Positions 11,895-25,930 are shown, counted from the first letter of the whole stretch. The stretch is 62,728 bases of DNA, filler included, from Globobulimina sp. (GCA_003354225.1; 37 parts of 37 records of this genome joined end to end with filler, not necessarily neighbours in it); one strand, 5' to 3'. Numbers and translations are program-made. The notes: generated by a model from the letters alone, not told the origin.

Positions 11895-12826
11895 CCATCA
11901 CCTCCATTGTGTCTGAAATTGAGGAAAATAAAGATATCGATGTGCAATCTGGTTACATTGCCTATCGGGACCATCCACCCCAAGACTCTTCATTCATTTA
12001 TCAAATCCATCCATTTACGAAATTGAACAAAGAAATGATAGCTTATATCAATGAATATGGTGCCGAAGGAGGGGGCGATGGCCCTGAGGCAGTCACATCG
12101 GGTTTGAATGCAGCAATTAACGATACATCTGGGAATAAATTAGTATGGAGGGCGTCCAGTGTGCGGATTGTGGTTTTGATCGCCGATGCACCGGTACATG
12201 GCTTGGGTGGTAATGAATATGATGGATTTCCGGAGGGTTCGCCGGATGGATTGGATCCAATCAAAGTGGCCAGGAATTTAGCTGAGCATGGCATTGTTTT
12301 ATATGTGGTGGCCTGCGAAGGTGCGTTGTCTGGCTATCGACGAGCACATGATTTAATGGCTGGATTAGCCAAAATAACGGAAGGGTCCTTTTTGCCATTA
12401 ACGAGCGCGAAATTATTGCCAGATATTATTGTTGGTGGAGCAAAGCAAGAGATATCTTTGCAAAAATTGACGAGACAAATACAAGAGGAATATAACGAAA
12501 ATATTAAAATCAATTTTAAGGAGTTAGTTGTTGAAAATAATTGGACTGAAATTTACGAACAAATATCGATTGCATTGAATTTAAAAAATATTACATATTC
12601 AAAATTTGAAATTGATGATATTTATGGTGACTATAATCCGATTAATATTGATAAATGTGTGTATTGCGAGAGTTTGGAAGAATGGAGAAACGAATATGAT
12701 GATAATATACAACAACCGGATGTTGATTTTGGTAATATTCAGGAGCAAGCTACAAAATCACAAGAATCACAAATTACACCGGAAATTGTGAAAACTGTAA
12801 TGAATAGATTGTTAAATCAATGGTAA
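11895..12826 (+). CDS. von Willebrand factor type A domain protein (5' partial)
   Basis: YRDHPPQD, GGGDGPEAV, RIVVLIADAPVHG and FPEGSPDGLDP motifs of a protist/fungal vWA family. Confidence 0.85.
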
Positions 12827-12955
12827 AACACAAAAAAAATCATTTTTATTCTTTGTAAATTACTTATAATCTTCATACAAAAACAATGTACAAATTTGAT
12901 CTTGTGAGTTGTGACAGTATAAGGTTTTTACAAATGTCAATTTTAATACATTAAT

Positions 12956-13493
12956 ATGTCAAGTTCAGATGATGACTGGTGGGAAGAGTGCCAAGCACTT
13001 GTTATTGACAACGGGTCCCTTATGATAAAAGCAGGGTTTGCAGGCGATGATGCACCGAGAGGTACACTGACACACATGCCGGTATATAATATACAGACAT
13101 GCAATGTAATTTAAATAAAAAAGCTGTATTTCCGTCAATTGTGGGGCGACCTCGCCGTCCCGGTATAATGGTTGGAATGGGACAAAAAGACGCTTATGTT
13201 GGAGATGAAGCGCAAGCAAAGAGAGGCATTCTCTCTTTACAAAATCCCATACAAAACGGTGTGGTCACTAACTTTGATGATCTGGTTTGTAAAAATATAT
13301 TATGTCTATATGTTCTATCACAATTTTGCAAAAAGGAAAAAATTTGGCATCATACATTTTACAATGAACTATCTGTTGCTCCCGAAGAACATGAAATATT
13401 GATGACAGAAAGAGTCACAAATTCAAAGAGCAACAGATAAAAAATGATACAAATAATGTTTGAAACATTTGCTGTTCCTGCAACATATTTAAG
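12956..13493 (+). pseudogene. ACT: Divergent actin with in-frame TAA (3' partial; introns 13062-13123, 13285-13335)
   Basis: Spliced product [33 protein letters not shown]...[12 protein letters not shown]...SNR*KMIQIMFETF. The stop at 13438-13440 replaces the conserved E of NREKM. Confidence 0.85.
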
Positions 13494-13904
13494 NNNNNNN
13501 NNNNNNNNNNNNNNNNNNNNNNNNNNNNNNNNNNNNNTTAATTAATTAANNNNNNNNNNNNNNNNNNNNNNNNNNNNNNNNNNNNNNNNNNNNCAAGGCT
13601 GCAATAAGTTGACTCAAATATTTAAGGACAGATTTTGAAGAAAAATGATGCACTTAAGGACAGAAATTTAACTCCGAAAATTTTTTTTTGCTACGCATAT
13701 TATTATAAATAAACTTGTGGTTAAAAAAACACTTTAAATTAAATCATTTTCCTTTAATAAATGTATCATTAAGCTAATCAGATTATCTTCATTTGATTTT
13801 TGTGTTTTGTCTTCATACACATATCTGTCAATTATTTGTGATTGTATAGTTTTTCTGTTCTGTTTTGGAATGAGTGGTGATCTATTTTTTTTAAACTGTA
13901 AAAA

Positions 13905-14453
13905 TTAATTCACCAATCTATCTTCAAATTCTAAATTTTCTCCTAACTTTCCCAAATTATCCTTCAAAATAAGCTCCCAATTAAACTGTGACTCACTTAA
14001 GCTTGGCTTATTCACAAATAAATGTTTAATATCTTTTCCAATTGTTTCCATCTTTGCTTCAATGCAATCAAAACTTCCACCAATATCATAAATGCGCAAA
14101 AATGGTTGACATCCATTATACAATTCTTTCCTACTAAAAAATAAGCGGTCACACTCTTGTTTAATTGTCCATTGCCCTTTATATTTTGTTTTGCGTCTCC
14201 AATATTTTTTAAAAGACACATATGATCTTTTTAATAAACCACTGATCCAAATAACCTTTTTCTTTAAATAAGTTATATGCTTCGGTAATGCTTTTAATAT
14301 TGATACCATATTTGTTATGATGAATACCATATTTGTTGAATTAAGATTATTTGTAATTGAATGAACCAATAATACTAACGGATTAAGTATAATATATTGA
14401 GCTATAATATATGTTTTATACAATGAATGAAGATATATTATTACGGATGGCAT
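13905..14453 (-). CDS. Hypothetical protein
   Basis: 182-codon ORF in very AT-rich DNA; no motif recognised. Confidence 0.3.
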   Translation of the reverse strand: MPSVIIYLHSLYKTYIIAQYIILNPLVLLVHSITNNLNSTNMVFIITNMVSILKALPKHITYLKKKVIWISGLLKRSYVSFKKYWRRKTKYKGQWTIKQECDRLFFSRKELYNGCQPFLRIYDIGGSFDCIEAKMETIGKDIKHLFVNKPSLSESQFNWELILKDNLGKLGENLEFEDRLVN

Positions 14454-14931
14454 TCATTATTTTTATTACTTTTATTTTTATTAGCATCCATTATTAACAG
14501 TTGCTGATATTAATTTATTGCATAATTTAATTATAATTAGGTATGAGCACACTAACTCTTTCGTCATTTTGCTTGACTTTTGCCTTGTTGTATTGTGTGT
14601 GTATTGTGTTAATCAGATAGGTTCTAAAAGGAAAGTCTTCAATTCTTCGTTTTGACAAAGTTAGACATGAACAGAATTTCGCTTTTTTATAGAGAATTTC
14701 TATTATATTTGTTTATGAATAAATCAGATATTTGATATTATGTTGCTTTGTGACCCACAGGAAGCTGTATAAACACTTTTTATAATATTAATCTGCTACA
14801 GATTTTATGAAGTCAAGGCTGACATGGTCGTCGATCAGGTTCAGATTATCGTATACAATACACATTATATTCAGTGGCATGGTATTCAGCAGACACAAAT
14901 GTTGGCGAGAATGGAATTGTATTTATGACAT

Positions 14932-15004
14932 AATTATCTCACCATTATCTCACCATTATCTCACCATTTATTTATCGAGAATGGAATCCACCATTATCTC
15001 ACCA
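14932..15004. repeat. Short tandem repeat of an 11-mer (CACCATTATCT)
   Basis: About three consecutive copies plus one more at about 14989. Confidence 0.75.
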
Positions 15005-15292
15005 GAATATCATAGTTATTGTCGACACAATGATAAGATTCATATGTTTAATACAGATGTAAGTATAATAATATTTAATATGAATCAAAAGACATTTATA
15101 AATCCATTTCAAATATAAAAAATAAACAATTAATCGAAGAGATATAATTCATATTTTGGTGGTTTAGAGAATGCATATCATTTATTATATTCNNNNNNNN
15201 NNNNNNNNNNNNNNNNNNNNNNNNNNNNNNNNNNNNTTAATTAATTAANNNNNNNNNNNNNNNNNNNNNNNNNNNNNNNNNNNNNNNNNNNN

Positions 15293-16891
15293 GGTCGATG
15301 TTGGCCGCGTTGTTGTGTCTCCATTGCAGCTGTTTTTTGAAATTGTTGTCTTCCGCGCTTTTGCTCGCAGTCGGAGCGTCGCTCTGGTTCCAAAAGTTGC
15401 TCTTTTCCGCGTCTTTGGGCACATACTTCAGCGCCAAAATGCCATGATGTGCCAGCACCGTCGCGCCAGGCATAGCGATGCCGTCCTTGTCCAGCGCCAT
15501 TTCGCTGTCCCTCTGGGCCGCACCGCCCGTGCCTTTCAACGCAGCATTGTCGAAAACGCGGTACGATTCGCTCTCAGTCTGCACGTATTTGGGCAGCAGA
15601 TCTTTTTTCTGCGATTGATAGTAATATCGGTAATCCAGACTTTCCGTTCGGTTCACCACACAACGCATAAAGCCGCGGTCCAAAGACGCTTTGTTCAAAA
15701 TCACTGCGTCTTCGATGTCGTAGCCACTGAAAGACATTACGCATAAAATGGCATTGACGCCGGCGGGGATTTTGTTGAAATTGATGGTTTGGATGGTCTT
15801 GGTCTGCACCATTGGCTGTTGCGCGTAGCACAAGTCGTAAAATAGCTGGTCGCAGCGCACAAACTTATTCATGCCGATGCAGCCCATGGCCTGTTTGCCC
15901 ATCGCGCACTGATACGTGTTACGCGGCGATTGGTTGTGGTGCGGGAAGGGAATGAGGCCGCTGACACAGCCCAAGATTGTCATGCAGTCGATCTCCAAAT
16001 GCGTGCTGGCGGCGCAAAGGTCAGACTCTTTCAAGGCGATCAAACAGTTATTTTCTTCATTCACATCCAAGTATTCGATCAAACCCAAAGAGATGAAGTC
16101 GTCGAAGGACATCAATCCACAGTGCAATAATTGCAAATGTTTGTCGGTCACCAATGATCGCGACTGGCTGCAAATAATCAGTGGCCGACAGACGCGGCCC
16201 TGATCTGTCGCAATCACAATGGATCGGTGCGTGTAATTCACACATATGGACGCAAAGGACGACAGTTTGTTATTTCGGCGCAGAAAACGCAAATTATACA
16301 CGAATTTTAAGTGGTCGCCATGCACACCGATACATTCGCCGTTTAACCACACGGTGAATATCTTCTTGTCGTTGATGAATAAATGCGGCAACAACGCAAT
16401 GTCTTGCATGCCGAGACAAAAGGATAACTTTTTGATATAGAACACGATATCTTCATCTAAGGTGATGTTGCACATTAAGGCCAGGTTTTTAATCAATCCA
16501 CAGCCCTGTCCTTCGGGTGTGTCACTCGGACACACCATTCCCCACTGACTGCCATGCAAAGCTCGAGGACCCGAAGTTTTTCGTGACTTTTCTACCGAGC
16601 TCGCAATGCGAGTCATGTGACCTAACGCGGAAATGAACGACAATCGACTCACTTTCTGAGTGACTCCTTCTTTGCGCATTTTAAATCGCCCTAAATCCCA
16701 GTTCCCTATTTGCAATGTTAAACAATCAAAAAAATATCTATTAATCGCAAAAAAAAGCATTTATTTATTATTTATTACCTGATTGGATGGCATATTTCAT
16801 GCCCTCTGTCAATCGGACGGAGCCTCGTTTCATCAAATTGGGGACTTCCGTGCTATCAAATTTTTGTACGGGCGATCGACTTAACTGAAAC
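15293..16891 (-). CDS. POLR3B: RNA polymerase III second-largest subunit (partial; intron 16706-16778)
   Basis: GNWDLGRFKM...SRLSFISALG, KTSGPRALH, DTPEG..CGL, LIPFPHHNQSPRNTYQCAMGKQAMG, SGYDIEDA. These are RPC2-type rather than RPB2-type motif variants. Confidence 0.95.
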
Positions 16892-17172
16892 NNNNNNNNN
16901 NNNNNNNNNNNNNNNNNNNNNNNNNNNNNNNNNNNTTAATTAATTAANNNNNNNNNNNNNNNNNNNNNNNNNNNNNNNNNNNNNNNNNNNNAAAAAGATT
17001 TGATTTAAATATTATTGAATCAGCACCTGTCTTGTTATCAAATATTTATGCAAGCAATTCGGAATGTATTTAAATAGTACCATTTGATCCGTTTCCCTGT
17101 TAGTAAACTACTCTGAAACTCAAAATGCGTAAAAAAAACAATGTTATTAATATAAACATATTATATTTTAGT

Positions 17173-18240
17173 TCAGACAAACATTTCCTTATATTTTCCA
17201 AACCATGAATAACAAAGCCCGGATTTTGCATTTTGTGCCCCATTCTCTGAACGTGTTTTTACCATTTTTTTATATTTTCTCTTTTTTTTATCTTTCTTAC
17301 TATTTTTATCCTTTCCAACAGATTTCTCCTTCTCTTTCTCTTTCTCATTCTCATTGTCATGTTCATCGTATTTCTTGTCGTCATCATATCCTTGTTGATA
17401 AAATCGTATTTGTTGTTGTTGCGTCGCAATGTATCTGCTCAAATTATATTGTTGTTCCTGCATTTGATGGATTGTTGCATCAGTTTGAAATTGCATTTGT
17501 CGAATTTGTTGAGAAAGTTGTTTATTTGTATTTTTTTCCTTTGCTAACAAATCTGTTAATTCATCCATTTTGACTTTACTCTCATTATCATCGCTAAGAC
17601 TATAACGTTTCTGATTATTTTTCTGTTGCTCCGACGTTTTATGTTTTTCATATTCTTCAAGCTTTTTGCATAATGATTGTATCATAACTTTTTGATCGGA
17701 TATCTTCTCATTTAATGTCTCTAATTCTTGCGTTTTGGACATTAATTCTGCATTTTGTGTGGCACTCTCACTTTCTTTAAATTTTTTAATTTGATGTTTT
17801 AACTCAGAATTGATCCTCAATATGTTATCGTTTTCGTTTGTTTGCGCTTTTAAAATCTGTTTAATTTCTTCATTTTCTCTGTTTTTATCTGCGATTTGAT
17901 TTTGAAAATGTTCAAGAATTAATAACGAATCTTGTGAGGTTTGGTGTGTTAAAAGTGCAGCTGGCTCATTTGTTGGTGTTTCCAATGTTGGGGAGGATGG
18001 ATGGAGCAGATTCCGACCAAATACAGTGCCCGATTCAGAATAGCGAGGCTCATCTATGAGATTGGTATGACTATGAATTAACCGATCAATATAGGCATCT
18101 TGGTTTTGGATTATTGTCTCTTCGATTGCGTTATCGTCAATGTCTGACCCGTCAGATTGCAATTGATCATGCGGACCAAAAGCTGTTGCCATTGTTAGAC
18201 TGTCTCTGTATGTGGATTTGTGGTGGAAAGTCGGTTGCAT
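17173..18240 (-). CDS. Coiled-coil protein
   Basis: 355-aa ORF, Q/E/K-rich heptad-like region, basic tail. Confidence 0.7.
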   Translation of the reverse strand: MQPTFHHKSTYRDSLTMATAFGPHDQLQSDGSDIDDNAIEETIIQNQDAYIDRLIHSHTNLIDEPRYSESGTVFGRNLLHPSSPTLETPTNEPAALLTHQTSQDSLLILEHFQNQIADKNRENEEIKQILKAQTNENDNILRINSELKHQIKKFKESESATQNAELMSKTQELETLNEKISDQKVMIQSLCKKLEEYEKHKTSEQQKNNQKRYSLSDDNESKVKMDELTDLLAKEKNTNKQLSQQIRQMQFQTDATIHQMQEQQYNLSRYIATQQQQIRFYQQGYDDDKKYDEHDNENEKEKEKEKSVGKDKNSKKDKKKRKYKKMVKTRSENGAQNAKSGLCYSWFGKYKEMFV

Positions 18241-18690
18241 AATACATTGACATCAAATAATTTACATACTCAGCCTCATATGCTTCTGCTAGCATCTCTA
18301 GTGCCTGCATTATCAATGTTTTAGGTTTTAAGAAAAATCAGCTTAAAAACGTTCAGTAGAGTAAAAGCAACACAACTTACACAAGTGAGAAATGAGGAGA
18401 GCAAAGAGAAAGAACTCGAGAATTATGAAGTTGTAATTAATAATATCCAAACGAATGATACTGAGATACAGCATGGCCAATAAAATAATTGCTAACGAAA
18501 TTAGTAATATATATATATAAGTACTAATTTCTGATTATCTCTATTTATAATATTTTTATATTGAGTGCTTTCTCTGTTTAATGATCTATANNNNNNNNNN
18601 NNNNNNNNNNNNNNNNNNNNNNNNNNNNNNNNNNTTAATTAATTAANNNNNNNNNNNNNNNNNNNNNNNNNNNNNNNNNNNNNNNNNNNN

Positions 18691-20289
18691 ATTACCATTA
18701 TCTGCTCCTTTCACATAAGCCCAATAATGGCCACCACGCAAAGTTCCAGAATGATTACAAACACCATACAATTCATATATATTATCATTGTCATATTGTA
18801 GCTTATGTGGATAATCAACAGTCGCTGTAAATTTTCTTCCATCGATATATCTATCAATTGTAAATATCAATATTTCGGAATATCGAACAATCGCAGTTTC
18901 CACTCTAAACACATCACTTTTTCGTAGACATTCACCGCATTTTAATACTGCGCCACGATCCAATAATTTCTCCCTTAAATACACATCAAACGCACCACAA
19001 ATATCATTCTGTATTAATGGTTTATGATAACCTTTATTTCCGTTATTAGCCAATGTAAATGCATCAAAAACTTTACGTTGAACATCATAATTAGTCCAAT
19101 ATGATTGTCTCTGCATTTTTTCATGAGTCCATAAGCAAATTACCGTCTTATTATATTCATCGACCATGCATTCATTCTCTTCGTTCAATAACCGTTGCTG
19201 TAATATTATACAATAAATTGTTATAACTTAAAAAAACAAATAAATACAGAATTATATACCTTAAAATATACATTTTTATGATACGCATTATGAATATTAA
19301 TATGTTCAAATGATTTAATTGCGCCTTGTCTCATTTCGTCAAACTCCAAATAAGATTTATTCGGTTCAATTTTACCATTTTCATCGATAAATAGATTGAA
19401 AATAGAAACAATACATTTTGATCCATGGCCATTATTAATATTTAATGATTCAATCACTGCAAAAATATAAATATTATCGTTTCGAAAACATTTACATTCG
19501 TTTTGTGGATGAATATCTTTTATCCACTCCTCAACAGAACTATTCCTATTTGCTCTCATTATTTTTATCTTTATCTGATTAATAGACTGCAACACAAAAT
19601 GTTTATCATTATCAGTTGATTTGGATTGAATTAATATGTTCGAAATTCGACGATATACGACATGTCGCAATGTATCAACACAACAATAATCCAAAACATT
19701 AAAAGATTGCGATTTGATTATTTCAGCAATGCCTGGAATATAAATATCCAAAATAACGTCAACAGAATGATCATATAATGGCAATAATATTTTCTCTTTA
19801 AATTCATATCTCGATTCTTTATACGTACATCCTGCATTCATGCACGATAAAATATTTCTTTCTACAAAGTGCATTTTCTCGCGAACCACTGACTTATACG
19901 GATTATAATTGATGACATTGCCAATGATTGAATCTTCCTCATCTTCAGCCATATAATTAATATACCAGCAACCGGGATGATTTATAACTTTATGCATTGG
20001 TTTTATCTCCGATTTCTGTCTGCTGATAATGCCTTTATCCAACAACTCAATCATCTTTGACACAGCGCTCAGCGCATCGCCTTGTGCACCAACTTCAAAC
20101 CTAACATCGCTATTTCTTAAACTACGTACAATTCCCGATGGTGCCGTCGCATTATATTTTGCATTTTTCTGTGTTGCGGCTCGGGCAACGCTAATAAATG
20201 AATCCAACATTGATGATGATGAGGTCCCCGACCACCAATGACTGGACCTGTTCGATGACCATTTTCTGAATCAGCATAGTACAGCAATA
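18691..20289 (-). CDS. Ubiquitin-specific protease (peptidase C19), partial; intron 19198-19259
   Basis: AQGDA (QQD-box-like), finger cysteines, His box YELYGVCNHSGTLRGGHYWAYVK. A phase-0 GT-AG intron joins the two ORFs. Confidence 0.85.
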
Positions 20290-22088
20290 NNNNNNNNNNN
20301 NNNNNNNNNNNNNNNNNNNNNNNNNNNNNNNNNTTAATTAATTAANNNNNNNNNNNNNNNNNNNNNNNNNNNNNNNNNNNNNNNNNNNNGTTGGTCTATA
20401 AAAATGTCGGTAATGGATACCCTGTGTAATATTCAAGTTTTAAAGTCAAACGGAATTATGAACACTAATTATTACAGCTGTGTAACTGTCATAATTCCGT
20501 ATAAATAATATAATTGACTCAAAATTCAGCTAAATATACTTTTAATTGTTACTTTTTGAAACATAAAAAAATCTCAAATTATTTGTTTCTTTTCTTTTCG
20601 CTAATATCCAAATCGTTCAATTACGCTAACCGCACAGAGATGTTTTGGATTTTTGTCACGAGGAAATGATGGTAAAGTTTATTGTAATACGGGATATGTC
20701 AGTATTGTGTCTATGACGCGGGTGGAGGAAGAATAATTTATGAGAAATGAAGAAATCAAATGTAACCATATTTTTTTAAGTTAGCTTTTTCATATGAAAC
20801 ACAACTCCTTGTATTGTTTGCTCATAAACAAATATCTGTCTTTTCAGAATAGACCGTTCGTGCAAGTTTATTTTGTTGAAAAATATTTCCATTAGAATGG
20901 CAACTGAACAAAATATATCTTTACATTAAATAGGGTCCAGCGATCCCGCTGGTTTTACAAAATAAATTGTCTTTGAAACGCAAACGTCAAAGTCGTAGAA
21001 AAAAAAATGCTATCTTCGCAAACGTCAAAGTCAATCAATTCTATCTTCACAAATTATCTCATCCCAATTGGTGCTATGGCCGAAATTATCCATGAACCCA
21101 TATCTTATTTTATCTCAACAATCTATTTGAAATATATTAATTTTGACATGAAAAGCTTTATTAACATTTTCTTACCACTTTGTATTTATTTATGACATAG
21201 TTCTTAAAATAAATATATATATGCGTTCACGAATAGAATACGTGTAGTATTGTTAACAATGGTACTGTATTCTATCTCGTAAATATACGAATTAGAGATT
21301 TCCGAAAAAACTAGGTAGCTGAAATTATGAATCAATAATTCATAAGTTGCTAATTTAGAGTCATAAGTCGCATGTTTAGATAATTATTATCAATTTTAGT
21401 TAATTATTATCAATTTTAGTTAGATCTTTTCATCTTTTCAGTTGAAAAACTTCAAATTTTCCCACCATCCCATCCCTCACAATTAATATCAATAAATTTA
21501 GCTTTATAATTACAATAATTCAAAGGAAAAAAAAATATCTGCTGTGATTCGGTACATACAAAACAATGATATCAAAAATAATTCATTTTTTTCTGTATTA
21601 CAAATCCTTCATAAAAATCGTGTTATTGGATAAATCCCCACAAAATAAACTCGATTTGTTTCATTGGTCATTTTATCAAATTTTGCATCTTTGGAACAAA
21701 CCCATACAAAAAAATGGTAAGACTGTAAAAGATAACATTTTGGACTTTTTGGATCCGAAATATGTTGGCCCCAAACTTGTATTCTTGAAATTATTACCAG
21801 TGAGTCGTGTATTTGTAATTATTTTTCAACTCATGCTGCCGTTCATCATTTTATGTCTTGGATTGTTGTTTAACCTATGGGAGCGGTAACGCTCAGAAAC
21901 CCCTGGAAATCATTATTTGGCTTTGGGTGTGATAGAATTGCAGCTGCAATTCATAATCAACGGTCATCGCAAATCACAAGTTAATTAANNNNNNNNNNNN
22001 NNNNNNNNNNNNNNNNNNNNNNNNNNNNNNNNTTAATTAATTAANNNNNNNNNNNNNNNNNNNNNNNNNNNNNNNNNNNNNNNNNNNN

Positions 22089-23634
22089 AATCATTAACTA
22101 ATTGATCAAACTGCACTTGGTATTGTTCTTTGTAATAACTCAAATCTAGTTCGATCATAAACGATTTACATAAATATTTTCTAATTAAATCTTTCTTCGC
22201 CATAATGTTGAGATATAACTCGTTTTTTAGTAGTTTTGCTATTAATTTCAATGTATCAATGCATGAAATGTTGGATGTCCACATATTTAAATTATATTTG
22301 ACATTGAATAATTTCATTACTTTTCTTTGTTTTTCTTGCTTTTCCGATGAAAATTGATGATTCTTTATTAGCAATGCAAACAACTGCCAAAATGTTCCAA
22401 TATCATTCAAATTCATATCCGTACAATTTATCACAACTTTGAATGTTTCACAACAATGATTTTCTATAATATCTAACATCATATTTGGTAAAATTTATAA
22501 AAATCCATCTGTAGTACATTTATTATATTTAAATGCAAATAATATATTCTCCAAACAATGAACTTTCGCTTTCTTTAATTTTTGTAATAAATGGGTTAAA
22601 ATCTCCCAACATTTTGATTCAAACAAATTAAGCGAAAGTGATGATATTTTGTTTATTTCTATGTTTGGCGATACAAATATATTTCCGATGGAATTACCAA
22701 TATCATCACCATTAAAATCATTATTATTTAAAAATAAACCAGGTTCAAATTGTATTTTTAACTTCTTATAAAATGTATTAATGATCAAATGTTTATAAAA
22801 TAAACATAGATTTGGTGTAATATCCATTTGCGGCAAACAAATCCTTCGCAAATTGTGCAATCTTCTTTTATCATCGCTGAAATCATCGCACTTTTTATCA
22901 AAGTGTTTCTGCCCATTTCCAGTTATTTTGAGATATTTCAATCGTTTGCAATTTAAAATGCAGTCAAATAATAATGAATAATTACTGGATCCATATATTC
23001 TGAGTTTTATATCCAAACTAAGCAGTGAGTTGAATGTTTTTTTAATTAAAAATGTTTCATTTTCAATATTTTGCAGTTTTAATGAATATAAATTATCAAA
23101 TTGTTTTGGCAAACATTCAAATATCATGTCACTGAAAAATGATCCGAATGATGATACTTCCAATATTTGTATCGATTGTTTCCAATTTGAATTTATTAAT
23201 TTATTTTTAATTATTTTATGATGCAACTTTTCAATTTCTTCAATGCAAAATGCTTTTAAATCATCATTATTCTCATTTTGTGCATTTTGGCTTGATCCAA
23301 AGTTCCATTCTTGAGTTTTTCGTTTTGTTTGCTTTGCTTTATCCATCCAATATTTCTTAATTCCATCAATACTCAATGCATTAATATCATCATCATATAC
23401 AAAATGATGAATTTTATGGAATTTATAATGTGAAAATGGTTGATTTGTTGCCAATACATCTTGATAAAATAATAAATAAGAAATTGAATTTGGATTAATT
23501 GATATTTGATGAAATAACGAGCAAACTTGACCCAATATCTCAATATCGGATAATTTCAAATAGGTTGCAGTATAAATCAAAATATCTTCATCTATGTCAC
23601 ATATACTGTGGTTTTCACCTGTTTTTAGTTCCAT
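22089..23634 (-). CDS. F-box + LRR-like protein (3' partial); in-frame TAA or 45-nt intron near 22495
   Basis: IDEDILIYTATYLKLSDIEILGQVCSLFHQIS is an F-box, followed by LxxLxL repeats. ORFs 22495.. and ..22482 are in the same frame. Confidence 0.7.
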
Positions 23635-24537
23635 TTAATAGATTCAACACAAAATCTTTATATGAAAAAACATTAAAAAAAACAATNNNNNNNNNNNNNN
23701 NNNNNNNNNNNNNNNNNNNNNNNNNNNNNNTTAATTAATTAANNNNNNNNNNNNNNNNNNNNNNNNNNNNNNNNNNNNNNNNNNNNTTGCAATTTGAATG
23801 GGGTGCAGTCCATAAAGGTAACATATTCTCCAAAGCAAAAGAGTGGTATGTACAAAAAAAGAAAATACAGCAAGTTGTTCTGAATGGGAAAATGCAACAA
23901 AATAAAAAAAAAGAAAAGAATGGTCATCTACATGTGTTTCAAGATAACATTGAATTTGAAACGAATACAATTACAAAGATAACCTATCAACAGACACAAC
24001 CTCGCCAACGTAAAAAACAAATAAGTAAGTAAGTGCGATGAAACCTTAATATGTGCTTTTTTCTGACTTTCTAATTTTATGTAAATTTCAAACATTTGTT
24101 CTTCCTTTGTTGCACTTTCGAAAACATTGTTCATTAAGGAAAAGGCGCTGCGTTTGACGGTGTGTCAAATATTTGGATGATAAGTGTTTTAAAAACAACT
24201 GTTTTTAGATATGAAATATTCAGTTTCGAACTCCATCAAAATTCAATATTTTTTACTCCATAAAGAGATGTGAAATCAATAAATAAATAAGTGCAAAACA
24301 TGAGCATTTTAGTTTTACCAAAATATCCAAAGGAAATTAAAAAAAAAACAAAAGAGATTGGTTTGGTAAAAGCTAAAAAGGCTAAATGTTGGCTAACAAA
24401 CACAAAATTAAATTAATTTATGCTTCAAAATAAACAGCATCTATTAATACAAAAATAAATAAGATGTATTATTGAGAATATTTTAGAAATTAATTGTGTT
24501 ACATTTATTTACTAATAATACGATTAATAAATCCGGA

Positions 24538-25384
24538 CTAGATATGTTTTACTGACTCACTAAATGCTTTCTGATCATGTGACATAAATCGAATTAAATC
24601 CCCATTCCAATACATAGTCACCGCCACTCTATATGTTGTTTTCTCAATTTTCTGTCCATTTTCATAATATTTGCCATTGACGGCAAAGGTCAATAACAAC
24701 GTATCAAAATCGCAAAACATATCAATAATGTCACCTAAATAATGTATAACAAGCAATATAATACAAATAGAAATAGAAATATATTCTGCGCGCATGCATA
24801 ACCTACCTTTTTTACAGTATGTCGCATATTTAATGCCACCGCAACCCGGCGTCCTTTCATCGGTCAATGTGCCATCGATGGCATTTACAGCATAGCCATT
24901 ATACTTTTTATCCGTAAAATATCTGTTTAAAATGGGTTCGCCGCTCTTCGTTTTCCAAATTCCAAATAAAACATAATATTTACGTCTCGAATCCAATGAT
25001 TCAATCTTGAATTTCCAATGATGAGTACCTTCGCAATATACTTCTGTTAAAAACGCTGAGCCCCAATCATTTGCAACACTTTTTTTTATACAGTTCCCAT
25101 TATCAATTATTTGCATGTTCGATGCTATCCATTTTGGTGAAGCATCCCATTTAATTATTATTGAATAATATGATTGACATAATTTGATTAAATTTTTCAA
25201 CCCTGAAATGCCGTCTTTTTTCCAAGTAAGTTTGATTAAATCGCGAATAAAACCAAATATCACTAATGAGTCATTTACATCTGCTTTGGGCGCCTCTTCT
25301 ATTGCTTTGATGACTGCCTCTTGGCTCTGGGTCGGATGTGGCGGTTTAACATCGTGTTTGTAATAACATGATTTGCCATAACGA
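24538..25384 (-). CDS. SPRY/B30.2-like domain protein (5' partial; one in-frame intron about 24735-24803)
   Basis: GTHHWKFKIE, VLFGIW, GD(I)IDMFCDF..LLLTFAVNGK, YRVAV: a SPRY-like beta-sandwich pattern. Confidence 0.75.
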
Positions 25385-25930
25385 NNNNNNNNNNNNNNNN
25401 NNNNNNNNNNNNNNNNNNNNNNNNNNNNTTAATTAATTAANNNNNNNNNNNNNNNNNNNNNNNNNNNNNNNNNNNNNNNNNNNNATTTAGCGGCGTTATC
25501 AGTGGCATTTGACACAGTGCCACGGTGTAAATTGGATGATTTGGGAGAGATTTGTTGTGCCGTTGCAGATTTTGCGGCATTTAAAGCAGTATTTGTCGCA
25601 TTGTCGCCGTGTAAATGATTGATAACCGTTTGTTGAGTAAAAAAGCAGTTTTTTCGTTTTTCGCACAAGAATTTTTGTTTACTTTTTGTCACATTTTGTG
25701 AGTAAAATTGAAAAAATATATCACGTGAGTTAAAAAAATATCACATGAGTAACAAATTCATAGACAAATACATAGACAAATACACAAAAAACCAAATATC
25801 AAACATAATAAATATAGACAAGCATACTATTCATACGTACAAAATGAACAAAAATCCGGGTAAAAAAACAAAAAACTGCTTTTCAGCGCACAAATGTATA
25901 CAAACCTACCCTATAATGTATGAAATGTGC

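Noticed and set aside
13438-13440. Alternative genetic code (TAA read as sense)
   Set aside because: TAA, TAG and TGA all terminate other genes at plausible positions, and long conserved genes (RPC2, PGD) contain no in-frame stops.
15315-16440. Overlapping ORFs within RPC2
   Set aside because: Shadow ORFs of a GC-richer coding region.
20390-21988. ORFs 21007..21195 and 21566..21889
   Set aside because: Short AT-driven frames with no motifs; the contig looks non-coding.
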